A stretch of DNA of 64,000 nucleotides from an uncultured Lachnospiraceae bacterium. Its GTDB lineage: Bacteria; Bacillota; Clostridia; TANB77; CAG-508. A program made the translations under genes and the position numbers. Shown piece after piece: positions 7,981-17,904 of this stretch; position 1 is the stretch's first letter; each line of letters starts with the position of its first letter. Location: contig CAZTTS010000002.1 of NCBI GenBank assembly GCA_964616165.1, positions 19,463 to 83,462 on the forward strand, given 5' to 3'. Below the pieces are notes generated by a model. That model worked only from the letters and a program-made list of their open reading frames with translations. It searched no databases and had not been told where the DNA came from.

Positions 7981-10215
7981 ATGGCTGAAGAAGATAAAAG
8001 CAAAGAAATTATAAAACAGTATCAAAGTAGTGTTGACAATATTATAAAAACTGTAAAAGAAAACTATAAAAAAGCTGATACTAAAAAAATACAAAAAGCA
8101 TTTGAGTATGCTGTTATTGCTCATGGAAAACAAGAAAGAGAGTCAGGAGAACCATATATTATGCATCCTGTTTATGTGTCTCAAATTTTAGCTGATATGA
8201 CTCTTGATGATGATACAATAGTAGCGGGTTTATTACATGATGTTTTAGAAGATACAGAAATTAATTATGATATTTTAAAGAAGGATTTCGGAGAATCTAT
8301 AGCAAATATGGTAGATGGAGTTACAAAATTAAAAACTTTAAAATATACGAGTCAGGAAGAAACAGAAGTAGAGAACTATAGACGTATGTTTATTGCTATG
8401 GCAAAAGATATTCGAGTTATATTAATTAGACTTGCAGATAGACTTCATAATATGAGAACTCTAAACTATAAAAATAAAGAAACACAACTTAGAAAAGCAA
8501 AAGAGACTCTACATATTTATGCACCAATAGCTCATAGATTAGGAATGTCTAAAATTAAAGGTGAATTAGAAGATTTGTCTTTTAAATATATTTCGCCTGA
8601 ACAATATTATGAGATTGTAGTTGGATTAGATAAAAAGAAAGATGAAAGAGAACTATATTTAAATGAGATAAAGCAAGATTTAGAAGCTAGAACTAAAAAA
8701 ATTGGTATTAAAGCTAATATTTCAGGTAGATCAAAACATATATATAGTATATATAAGAAAATGCAAAGAGATGAATTAACCTTAAATCAGGTTTTTGATA
8801 TTTTTGCATTAAGGATAATAGTTGGTACTGTTGCAGAATGTTATACAATTTTAGGGCTTATTCATGAAGCATATAAGCCTATGCCAGGAAGATTTAAAGA
8901 CTATATTGCGGTCCCTAAAGAAAATATGTATCAATCAATACATACAACTTTAATAGGAAAAAATGCACCACCTTTTGAAATTCAAATTAGAACACAAGAA
9001 ATGCATGATATTGCTGAAAATGGTATTGCTGCACATTGGGCATATAAAGAAGCAAATTATAAGTCTAAAAACAAAAAAGTTATAGTTAGGGCAAAAGAAG
9101 ATAAATTGTCATGGATTAAACAAGCACTAGAATGGCAAGAAGATACTAGAAGTCCAGAAGAATTTATGGATGCATTAAAAACTGACTTATTTGAAGATGA
9201 AGTTTATGTATTCACTCCTAAGGGTGATATTCAAACCTTCCCTAAAGGCTCAATTGTTATTGACTTTGCTTATGCTATTCATGAAGAAATAGGGAATAGG
9301 ATGGTAGGTTGTAAAATAAATACAAGAATAATGCCTATTAATACAAAATTAAAAACAGGAGATATTGTTGAAATTATAACTTCAGAAAATTCTAAAGGCC
9401 CTTCTAGAGATTGGGTTAAGATGGTAAAAAGTCCATCAGCTAAAATAAGAATTCAACAATGGTTTAAAAGAAAAGATAGAGAAGAAAACATTGAAAAAGG
9501 TAAACATGCAGTTGAAAAAGAATTTGAAAAATTAGGTTTTGCTATTACGTCTACTCAAAAAAAGGAATGGATTGCAGCAGCAGTTAAAAAGAATAAATTT
9601 AATAATGAAGAAGATCTTTTTGCCACAATAGGCTTTGGAACAATATCAACTCAAAAAGCCTTATCAAAAGTTTTAGAAGAAGTTAAAGCAGAAAATGCTG
9701 ATATAAAATTAGATAAAAAGATTGAAAAATTATTAGATAAAAAAGAAAAAGAAACTAAAGCAACACAACAATCGGGAGTAATAGTTGAAGGGTTAGATAA
9801 TTTCTTAATTACATTTTCAAAATGTTGTTCACCACTTCCAGGCGAAGCAATTACTGGCTATATTTCAAGAGGTAGAGGCGTAACTATTCATAGAAGTGAT
9901 TGCCCTAATATTGTTAGAATGAGAAATGAAGAAGAAAGAATAGTTAATGTTAAATGGGCAAATGTAGTAAAAGATAAATTTACAGTAGATATAGAATTAT
10001 TTGCCTTAGATAGAAAACAACTTTTAAAAGACTATATAAAAGTAATAGAAAAATTAAAGATAAATTTATTAGGTATTAGAGCAGAAAGCATGAAAGATAA
10101 TCTTGCTATAACATCAATGAGAGTTGAAGTTTCAACTACAGAAGAATTAGAATCTTTAATGACTGCACTTAATAATATTGAAAATGTTTTTGAAGTTAAA
10201 AGAAAGAAAAGATAA
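7981..10215 (+). CDS. rel: Bifunctional (p)ppGpp synthetase/hydrolase Rel (HD, RelA/SpoT synthetase, TGS, ACT)
   Basis: HD hydrolase motif (HDVLEDT), synthetase region, and TGS and ACT C-terminal domains; 744 aa. Confidence 0.9.
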   Translation: MAEEDKSKEIIKQYQSSVDNIIKTVKENYKKADTKKIQKAFEYAVIAHGKQERESGEPYIMHPVYVSQILADMTLDDDTIVAGLLHDVLEDTEINYDILKKDFGESIANMVDGVTKLKTLKYTSQEETEVENYRRMFIAMAKDIRVILIRLADRLHNMRTLNYKNKETQLRKAKETLHIYAPIAHRLGMSKIKGELEDLSFKYISPEQYYEIVVGLDKKKDERELYLNEIKQDLEARTKKIGIKANISGRSKHIYSIYKKMQRDELTLNQVFDIFALRIIVGTVAECYTILGLIHEAYKPMPGRFKDYIAVPKENMYQSIHTTLIGKNAPPFEIQIRTQEMHDIAENGIAAHWAYKEANYKSKNKKVIVRAKEDKLSWIKQALEWQEDTRSPEEFMDALKTDLFEDEVYVFTPKGDIQTFPKGSIVIDFAYAIHEEIGNRMVGCKINTRIMPINTKLKTGDIVEIITSENSKGPSRDWVKMVKSPSAKIRIQQWFKRKDREENIEKGKHAVEKEFEKLGFAITSTQKKEWIAAAVKKNKFNNEEDLFATIGFGTISTQKALSKVLEEVKAENADIKLDKKIEKLLDKKEKETKATQQSGVIVEGLDNFLITFSKCCSPLPGEAITGYISRGRGVTIHRSDCPNIVRMRNEEERIVNVKWANVVKDKFTVDIELFALDRKQLLKDYIKVIEKLKINLLGIRAESMKDNLAITSMRVEVSTTEELESLMTALNNIENVFEVKRKKR

Positions 10216-10222
10216 AAATATA

Positions 10223-10840
10223 ATGGAAATAATCAAATTAGAAATTCCAACTACAATGGAAGGCTTAATTACAAATACATATATTGTTTATGATAGTAAT
10301 ACAAAAGATGCAATGATAATAGACCCAGCATATGATTCTAAACGTATTATAAAAACTATTGAAGACAATAATTTGGATTTAAAGTATATACTGTATACTC
10401 ATTGTCATGCAGATCATATTGGAGCGATACATGATATAAAAAAAGAATATAAAGATGTTGAAATAATAGGATCTTTAACTGAATCTAAGAATATAAATAA
10501 TCCACAAATAACACAACAAGCAGGTTTTGGATTAACAATAGAACAAATAGAAACAAATATTAAAGTATCACATCATGATAAAATAAATTTAGGTAATATT
10601 GAATTTCAAGTTATATTTACACCAGGTCATACAAGCGGTTGTATGTCAATTTATTCAAAAGAAAATAAAACAGTTTTTACTGGTGATACACTTTTTGTAA
10701 GAGGATATGGTAGAACAGATTTGCCAACAGGCAATATTAAATTAATGTATGTTTCTTTAAGAAAATTATTAAGACTACCTGATGATACAAGAGTTTATCC
10801 AGGTCATGGGGAAGATGGATTTATTAAAGATTGTAGATAG
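10223..10840 (+). CDS. MBL-fold metallo-hydrolase (glyoxalase II-like)
   Basis: HCHADHIG motif and the downstream H/D ligands. Start placed at the first ATG after the rel stop; the listed ORF start at 10178 overlaps rel. Confidence 0.7.
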   Translation: MEIIKLEIPTTMEGLITNTYIVYDSNTKDAMIIDPAYDSKRIIKTIEDNNLDLKYILYTHCHADHIGAIHDIKKEYKDVEIIGSLTESKNINNPQITQQAGFGLTIEQIETNIKVSHHDKINLGNIEFQVIFTPGHTSGCMSIYSKENKTVFTGDTLFVRGYGRTDLPTGNIKLMYVSLRKLLRLPDDTRVYPGHGEDGFIKDCR

Positions 10841-10849
10841 GAGGATAAT

Positions 10850-12088
10850 ATGTTTAAAAAACCAAGAGGTACTGAAGACATATTTGGAGAAGAATTTGAA
10901 AAATATATGTTTTTAAAAAACACCATGTATAATGTTGGTGTTAAATTTGGATTTTCTGGAATTATAACTCCAGTTTTTGAAAGTGTGGATGTTTTTGTAA
11001 GAACTATTGGAGAAGATACAGATGTAGTGCAAAAAGAAATGTATACTTTTAAAGATAAATCTGATAGAGAAATGGCACTTCGTCCAGAAGGTACAGCAGG
11101 TATTATGAGGGCATATATTGAAGAAGGTATATTTAATGATGGTGCACCTACTAAATTAATGTATTTTTTACCTATGTATAGATATGAAAATGTTCAAAAA
11201 GGAAGACGAAGAGAGTTTAATCAATTTGGTGTAGAATTGATGCAATCTACTAAACCCATTGCAGATTTTGAAGTAATTAAATTATCAACCAATATATTAG
11301 TTGAACTTGGTGTTGCCAAAGAAGACTATGTTTTAAAAATAAATAGTATAGGTTGTGAAGTTTGTAGAACAGAATATAAAACTGTATTAAAAGAATATGT
11401 AGAAAATAACTTAAATGAATATTGTTCTGATTGTCAGAGAAGAAAAGATACAAATGTATTAAGAGTATTAGATTGTAAAATAGAAAAATGTAAAGAATTA
11501 AATGAAAATGCTCCTAGTGTTTTAGACTATATTTGTGAAGATTGTAGAGATCATTTTGATCAACTTATTCTTTATTTAGAGGATGATGGAGTAGAATATG
11601 AAATTAATAGTAAGATTGTTAGAGGTTTAGATTATTATAATAGAACGGTTTTTGAAGTACAAGATAAAGATGGGGTAGCTATTGTGGGCGGTGGCAGATA
11701 TGACAAACTAGCCGAATTATTAGGAGGAAAAGAAACTCCAGCAGTTGGCTTTGCAATTGGGATTGAACGATTAATAGAACTAGTAAAACTACCTTCAGAT
11801 AAAATAAGAAGAACAGATTTTTATATTGTTTCTAATATGGCTGATGAAAACAAAGAAAAAACAAATCTTTTAGCTAAAAAACTAAGAGAAAAAGGATATT
11901 CGGTTGAAATTGACTTATTAGATAGATCATTTAATGCACAAATGAAACATGCAAATAAATTAAAATCTAAAGTAGCTTTAATTATGGGAGAAGATGAAAT
12001 AGATAATAATGAAATCACTATAAAAAACATGGATGACGGTGAAGAAACAAAAACAGAATTTCAGTCATTTTTAGATACTATTGTTTAA
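10850..12088 (+). CDS. hisS: Histidine--tRNA ligase (class II) with a Cys-rich insertion
   Basis: KPRGTED, RPEGTAG and GGGRYD class-II HisRS motifs plus a C-terminal anticodon-binding domain. It follows rel as in the Firmicutes rel-(dtd)-hisS arrangement. The insertion carries 4 CxxC pairs. Confidence 0.75.
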   Translation: MFKKPRGTEDIFGEEFEKYMFLKNTMYNVGVKFGFSGIITPVFESVDVFVRTIGEDTDVVQKEMYTFKDKSDREMALRPEGTAGIMRAYIEEGIFNDGAPTKLMYFLPMYRYENVQKGRRREFNQFGVELMQSTKPIADFEVIKLSTNILVELGVAKEDYVLKINSIGCEVCRTEYKTVLKEYVENNLNEYCSDCQRRKDTNVLRVLDCKIEKCKELNENAPSVLDYICEDCRDHFDQLILYLEDDGVEYEINSKIVRGLDYYNRTVFEVQDKDGVAIVGGGRYDKLAELLGGKETPAVGFAIGIERLIELVKLPSDKIRRTDFYIVSNMADENKEKTNLLAKKLREKGYSVEIDLLDRSFNAQMKHANKLKSKVALIMGEDEIDNNEITIKNMDDGEETKTEFQSFLDTIV

Positions 12089-12111
12089 GAAAAAAGGAAA
12101 GAAAGTTTAAT

Positions 12112-12954
12112 ATGAGATATATTTCAGTAGGGGATGTAGTAGGCATTCAAGGAATAAATTTTTTAAAAAAGCATTTACCAAGATTAATAGAAGAACATAG
12201 CTTAGATTTTGTTGTAGTAAATATTGAAAATATTGCTGATGGCTTAGGAGTAGATGAGTTTTCTTTTAATGAAGTAAATCAAATAGAAAATATTGATTGC
12301 TTTGTTTTAGGAAATCATACATGGGATAAATCGGAAGTAATAAAGTGCATAAATGACAATAAGGTTGTAAGGCCATTTAATTATGGTAAAATGCCTGGTA
12401 GTGGAATTAGACATTATAAAAAGAATAATAAAGATATTTTTGTTATTCAATTAATGGGTGAAGTAAACATAAATAAGAAATTAGAAAATCCATTTTTATC
12501 TTTTAATATAGCTTTAGAAGAAGTAGAAGAATATATAGAAAAAAACAATAAATATAAAGAGAGCAATTATGAAGATTATATAGGTAAAGATAATATTTAT
12601 ATATTATTAGACTTCCATGTTGATGTAACTTCTGAAGCAGTTGCGATGAGTTATTATGTAGATGGTAAGGTTTCTTCATTATTATGTTCACATACTCATG
12701 TACAAACAGCAGATGAAAGAATATTACCAAAAGGAACTGCATATATTACTGATATGGGGATGACAGGACCATATGAGTCTGTTTTAGGTATGGATATTGA
12801 TGTAGCTTTGGATAGATTTATAAATAAAAATAAAAGTAGATATGGTATGGCTAAGTCTCAAAGCATGATATTAGAGGCTGTAGTTGTAGAAATTGATGAT
12901 TTTACTAAAAAAGGGAAAGATATAAAGAGAATAAGGATTATAGAGAATGAGTAA
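12112..12954 (+). CDS. ymdB: 2',3'-cyclic-nucleotide 2'-phosphodiesterase YmdB-family metallophosphoesterase
   Basis: N-terminal GDVVG...VNIEN...GNHTWD, characteristic of the YmdB/TIGR00282 family. Confidence 0.7.
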   Translation: MRYISVGDVVGIQGINFLKKHLPRLIEEHSLDFVVVNIENIADGLGVDEFSFNEVNQIENIDCFVLGNHTWDKSEVIKCINDNKVVRPFNYGKMPGSGIRHYKKNNKDIFVIQLMGEVNINKKLENPFLSFNIALEEVEEYIEKNNKYKESNYEDYIGKDNIYILLDFHVDVTSEAVAMSYYVDGKVSSLLCSHTHVQTADERILPKGTAYITDMGMTGPYESVLGMDIDVALDRFINKNKSRYGMAKSQSMILEAVVVEIDDFTKKGKDIKRIRIIENE

Positions 12955-14506
12955 TTTTATTAAATTTATTTTCATAATATTAATAATAGGAATAGTGATA
13001 TTTCTTTCAGTTTTATTGTTAAAATCAAGAGATAGTGAAGAAGGGAAAAAGACTTCTAAAATTATTGAAGATGAGGAAGTTTTTCAAGATGATATTAGAC
13101 TTTCAGTTGCTGCACTAGATACTTTAAACCCTATTTTAAGTAATAATAGAAATGTTTATGAATTTTCTAAGATTATATATGAACCATTAATAGCTTTGGA
13201 TATGAATTATAGAAAAGAATATGCATTGGCTGAAAGAATAGAACAAAAAAATGAAACACAATATATTGTATATTTAAGAGATGCTAAGTGGCATGATGGT
13301 AGTAATGTAAAGTCTGAAGATTTTCATTTTACAATTAAAATGATAAATGCTACTGATTCAATATATAAAGATAATATAGAAAAAATAGCAAGTATTAAAT
13401 CTATAAATGATTATTCTTTTATTATTACTTTAAAATCTGCGCAACCATATTTTGAATATTATTTAACATTTCCTTTAATGAAAAAAATTAGTGAAAAAAC
13501 TTTTAAAGATAAAAGTAAAATTCCGATAGGTTCAGGCATATATAAATTTGAAGAAACTAAGAATAATATTTTATCTTATGAATTGTTTGAAGATTACTGG
13601 AATAAGGAAGCCGTAGAAAAAACTAGCTTTAAAAAGGTGTATATCTATAAATATAAAACAATTGGAGAAGTATATAATGCTTTTAAAGCGGGAAATATAG
13701 ATATTATAAATGCATCAAATAATAAATATGTGGATCAAATAGGAACCTTTGGCTATGTAGATATGGAATATAAAGCAAGAGATTTTCATTTTCTAGCTTT
13801 TAATACTAAAAGAATAAATAAAAATATAAGAAGGGCAATTTCATTTGCTTTGGATAAAGATAAAATAGTTACAGAATTAGGTAAAGGTGTGACTAAATCA
13901 TCATTTCCCACAGATTTTGGTCATTGGACATATCCACAAACACATAAATTAGAATTTAATTTAGATGAAGCTAAAAAGATTTTGAATGAGAATAATTATC
14001 AACTTAAAAGTGGAAAGTGGATTGATAAAAAGACAAAGAAAAATCTTACATATTCAATACTGGTAAATGGTGATAATAAAACTCAAGTAAAAACTGCTGA
14101 AAAAATATCTCAAGCATTAAACAAATTTGGAATTGAAACTAAATTGAATACCAAATATGGTAATACATATTATTCTGCAGTTAAAACTAGAAATTATGAT
14201 CTAGCTATTATTGGCAGAAGAAGTGATTTTACTCCTTCTTTAGAAGTGTTTTTTGGAGATAATAATTATTTTCAATATAATCACAATGAAATTAAATCTT
14301 TGATGATAAAAGCTAGGACAGAAACAGATGAAAGTAAATTTTTAGAAATATATAATAAAATATATAATATATATTTAGAAGATATACCATTTATAGGAGT
14401 GTATAGAAATACTAAAAGATTGATAACATCATTAGGTTTACATATGGACTCTATACCAAATTCATATAATATGTTATACAACATAGAAAATTGGTATAGG
14501 AAATAA
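12947..14506 (+). CDS. ABC transporter substrate-binding protein, family 5 (peptide/nickel type), TM-anchored, orphan
   Basis: N-terminal TM helix; SBP_bac_5-like sequence of about 500 aa. No permease or ATPase genes are adjacent. Confidence 0.65.
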   Translation: MSNFIKFIFIILIIGIVIFLSVLLLKSRDSEEGKKTSKIIEDEEVFQDDIRLSVAALDTLNPILSNNRNVYEFSKIIYEPLIALDMNYRKEYALAERIEQKNETQYIVYLRDAKWHDGSNVKSEDFHFTIKMINATDSIYKDNIEKIASIKSINDYSFIITLKSAQPYFEYYLTFPLMKKISEKTFKDKSKIPIGSGIYKFEETKNNILSYELFEDYWNKEAVEKTSFKKVYIYKYKTIGEVYNAFKAGNIDIINASNNKYVDQIGTFGYVDMEYKARDFHFLAFNTKRINKNIRRAISFALDKDKIVTELGKGVTKSSFPTDFGHWTYPQTHKLEFNLDEAKKILNENNYQLKSGKWIDKKTKKNLTYSILVNGDNKTQVKTAEKISQALNKFGIETKLNTKYGNTYYSAVKTRNYDLAIIGRRSDFTPSLEVFFGDNNYFQYNHNEIKSLMIKARTETDESKFLEIYNKIYNIYLEDIPFIGVYRNTKRLITSLGLHMDSIPNSYNMLYNIENWYRK

Positions 14507-14623
14507 TGTTTTACAAAAGAGTATTTATAAGCAAAGTAATATTTAATTAAAAAAATTTGCAATAAAGAATAAAATAAATTATAGTGTAATAGGAAAAAGG
14601 GAAAAAAAAGAAAGGATGTATAT

Positions 14624-15700
14624 ATGGCAAAAGCAGAAAAAGATGAAAACAAAGGAGAAAAGCAAAAAGCTTTAGAGGCAGCTTTATCTAAAATTGAAAA
14701 AGATTTTGGAAAAGGTGCTGTAATGAGACTAGGAGAATACGAAGCTGAAAATATTGATGCAATACCTACAGGAGCATTAACATTGGATTATGCATTAGGT
14801 ATTGGTGGAATACCAAGAGGAAGAATTATAGAAATCTATGGTCCTGAATCTTCTGGCAAAACTACATTAGCACTTCATATGGTAGCAGAAGCACAAAAAC
14901 TTGGCGGAGAAGTAGCTTTTATAGATGCTGAGCATGCACTAGATGCTGGATATGCAGGAGAATTAGGTGTTGATATTGATAATTTAATAGTTTCACAACC
15001 AGATACAGGAGAACAAGGTTTAGATATAGCAGAATCTTTAATTAGATCAGGAGCAATAGATCTTGTTGTAATTGATTCTGTAGCGGCATTAGTTCCAAAA
15101 GCTGAAATTGATGGTGTAATAGGAGATGTACATGTTGGTCTTCAAGCAAGATTAATGTCTCAAGCATTAAGAAGATTGGCTGGAATGATTAATAAAACTA
15201 ATTCAACCATCATATTCATTAATCAATTAAGAGAAAAAATTGGAGTTATGTTTGGGAATCCAGAAGTAACTCCAGGTGGAAGAGCATTAAAATTTTATTC
15301 TTCTGTTAGATTAGATATTAGAAGAATTGAAACATTAAAAGAAAATGGTGCAATGGTTGGCAATAGAACTAGAGTTAAAGTTGTAAAGAACAAAGTGGCA
15401 CCACCATTTAAAGAAGCAATATTTGATATTATGTATGGTAAAGGAATCTCTAAGGCTAGTTCGATACTAGACATGGCTATAGAATTCGACATTATAGAAA
15501 AAGCAGGCTCTTGGTTTAGTTATAAGGATGAAAAACTTGGTCAAGGAAGAGAAAATATTAAAGCTTTAATGGAAAATGATGAAAAATTCATGTTAGAAAT
15601 TGAAACTAAAGTTAGAGAAAAAATGCAAGAAGAAAAAGAAGGCAAAAAAGATAGCACAGAATCTAAAAAAGAAAACGAAAAGAAAATAGAAGAAAAATAA
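14624..15700 (+). CDS. recA: Recombinase RecA
   Basis: Walker [10 protein letters not shown], the canonical RecA core, and an acidic/lysine-rich C-terminal tail. Confidence 0.95.
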   Translation: MAKAEKDENKGEKQKALEAALSKIEKDFGKGAVMRLGEYEAENIDAIPTGALTLDYALGIGGIPRGRIIEIYGPESSGKTTLALHMVAEAQKLGGEVAFIDAEHALDAGYAGELGVDIDNLIVSQPDTGEQGLDIAESLIRSGAIDLVVIDSVAALVPKAEIDGVIGDVHVGLQARLMSQALRRLAGMINKTNSTIIFINQLREKIGVMFGNPEVTPGGRALKFYSSVRLDIRRIETLKENGAMVGNRTRVKVVKNKVAPPFKEAIFDIMYGKGISKASSILDMAIEFDIIEKAGSWFSYKDEKLGQGRENIKALMENDEKFMLEIETKVREKMQEEKEGKKDSTESKKENEKKIEEK

Positions 15701-15721
15701 TATAACTAAAAGAGAAAGCTT

Positions 15722-16171
15722 ATGTTAGAAAAGAATGATGAATTTGATAAGTTACGTTCGAAAGTTCTAAGATATTCATTATATAAAAAGAGAACTGAAA
15801 AAGAAGTTCGAACTAAATTCGATAATGAAGATAAAAACTATATGGATTTAATTATTGAATTTTTAATTGATGATAAATATATTGATGATGAGAAATACAT
15901 TGAAGAATACATATATGAATCAAGCTTATTAAGGAATCAATCAATAAAAGAGATTGAACACAAATTGTTAGAAAAAGGGGTGGATAGAAGTAAAATTCAA
16001 AAATATTTTTCAACCAACTGGGACAGTCTCATATTATATGAAATTGATTCAGCTAAAAAACTTTTAAAGAAAAGAGAGAATATAGAAGCAGAAAAGAATA
16101 TTTCTTATCTTTTAAACAAAGGATATAGTATAGATAATATACGAAAAGCTATTGAAGACATAGATGATTAA
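15722..16171 (+). CDS. recX: Recombination regulator RecX (probable)
   Basis: Small helical protein immediately downstream of recA with a RecX-like repeat pattern. Confidence 0.6.
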   Translation: MLEKNDEFDKLRSKVLRYSLYKKRTEKEVRTKFDNEDKNYMDLIIEFLIDDKYIDDEKYIEEYIYESSLLRNQSIKEIEHKLLEKGVDRSKIQKYFSTNWDSLILYEIDSAKKLLKKRENIEAEKNISYLLNKGYSIDNIRKAIEDIDD

Positions 16172-16943
16172 AATTATGGAAGAAACAGATATAAATCAAC
16201 TTAATAATGAAGATAAATATAATCTTAAGATAGATAAATTTGAAGGACCTTTAGATTTATTAGTGTATCTTATTGATCAACAAAAAATAGAAATAACTGA
16301 TATTAATATTAGTGAAATAACCAATCAATATATAGAATATTTATCCGAAATGCAAAAATTGGACTTAGAAATAGCCTCATCGTTTTTAGTAATGGCAACA
16401 GATTTAATGTACATAAAGTCTAAAAAGTTAATACCTTACTTAGAAGGAGATGAACAATTAACAGAAGAAGAATTAATTCTTAGAATTTTAGAGTATAAGA
16501 AATACAAACAAATTCAAAATGAATTACAAGATAAATATCTTAAATATTCAAAAAGGATGATAAAGAATCCAGATAAAATGGCATTAAAAAATTTAATTTT
16601 TGATAGAGAATATGAAGTTGAAGAATTAGTTCAGGCATATGAATTTTCTTTAGCCAAAAAAGATTATTTATTTAATTCTAGAATTAAAGATATTGATATA
16701 ATAAGTTCTAAAGATACAATTACAGTATTTAGTAAGATTAAAGAAATATTTAAAACTTTAAAAACTAATAATGAATTTATTTTTAGTAAGATTTTTTCGC
16801 TAAATGATCGTTCCAAAACCGAAGTAATAACAGCATTTATTAGTATATTAGAATTAGCAAATAAGGATAGAATTACATTAAAACAAGATGTACTATATGG
16901 AGATATTTTAGTAGAGAAGAAACATAAAGAGGAGACAAATTAA
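16164..16943 (+). CDS. scpA: Segregation and condensation protein A
   Basis: FEGPLDLLVYLI kleisin N-terminal motif. Confidence 0.75.
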   Translation: MIKIMEETDINQLNNEDKYNLKIDKFEGPLDLLVYLIDQQKIEITDINISEITNQYIEYLSEMQKLDLEIASSFLVMATDLMYIKSKKLIPYLEGDEQLTEEELILRILEYKKYKQIQNELQDKYLKYSKRMIKNPDKMALKNLIFDREYEVEELVQAYEFSLAKKDYLFNSRIKDIDIISSKDTITVFSKIKEIFKTLKTNNEFIFSKIFSLNDRSKTEVITAFISILELANKDRITLKQDVLYGDILVEKKHKEETN

Positions 16944-17657
16944 ATGAACAAAAGAACAATGACAGTGATAATAGCAGCTTTAGGAGCATTATTTTTAATA
17001 ACAATGCCATCAGATGAGATTTTGGTAATATTGTTATCTTTGCCTGCACTTATTTTTGCTATTACTTTTCATGAATTTTCACATGCTAAAACAGCAGAAT
17101 TATTAGGAGATCCTACACCTAGAAAACAAGGAAGAATATCTTTAAATCCTGTTAAACATGTATCTTTAATGGGTTTAGTATCATTATTTTTCTTAAGAAT
17201 TGGATGGGGAAAACCAGTAATGATTAATCCTAATCAATTTACCAAAATAAAAAACAAAAAGATAGGAGAAGCAATAGTTGCAATAGCAGGCCCTTTAATG
17301 AATATTTTCCTGGCATTTATTATTGTTATTATTTATTCTCTATTAATAAAATATAATGTATCACTAGGTTCAGGTAATATTGAAACTATTATACATAGTA
17401 TAATTTGGGCAATGATTTCAATTAATTTAGGTTTAGCAGTATTTAATTTATTGCCAATACCACCATTAGACGGTTTTTCAATATTATCTCTTCTATTACC
17501 AAAGAAAATTACCATATGGTTAGAAAACAATCAAATTGTTATTTCAATTATATTTTTAGCACTTATTTGGACTGGATTTTTATCAAGAATAACAATTCCT
17601 TTTTTAACTTACCTTATTGATTTAATGTTAAGATTAGTTAATTTAATAATTGGTTAA
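16944..17657 (+). CDS. Site-2 protease family (peptidase M50) membrane metalloprotease
   Basis: HEFSHA zinc motif within a TM helix, LPIPPLDG motif, polytopic membrane protein. Confidence 0.75.
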   Translation: MNKRTMTVIIAALGALFLITMPSDEILVILLSLPALIFAITFHEFSHAKTAELLGDPTPRKQGRISLNPVKHVSLMGLVSLFFLRIGWGKPVMINPNQFTKIKNKKIGEAIVAIAGPLMNIFLAFIIVIIYSLLIKYNVSLGSGNIETIIHSIIWAMISINLGLAVFNLLPIPPLDGFSILSLLLPKKITIWLENNQIVISIIFLALIWTGFLSRITIPFLTYLIDLMLRLVNLIIG

Positions 17658-17712
17658 TATTATAAAAAAACATTAAACAAATAAGATATATAAAAAAATG
17701 TAATAATAAATA

Positions 17713-17735
17713 AAGACCAGAAATGGTCTTTTTAT
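17713..17735 (+). terminator. Intrinsic terminator (agacca-gaaa-tggtct + T5)
   Basis: Perfect 6-bp stem with a GAAA tetraloop and a T-tract. Confidence 0.65.
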
Positions 17736-17904
17736 ATTACAAATTAGTAAAAAAAAATATTTAATTAGTTAACATTATTATATATAATATATAATATATA
17801 AAGTATAATATTTAATATTTAATATTTAATTTATAATATTTGTTTATAATTTTTATAAATAAAACTAAAAGAAATATAAACAAGATTTACAAAAGAGGTA
17901 ATTA

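Noticed and set aside
10178-10222. Upstream extension of the MBL hydrolase ORF overlapping the rel 3' end
   Set aside because: A 38-nt overlap, out of frame with conserved Rel C-terminal (ACT) sequence and with no RBS. The ATG at 10223 directly after the rel stop is more parsimonious.
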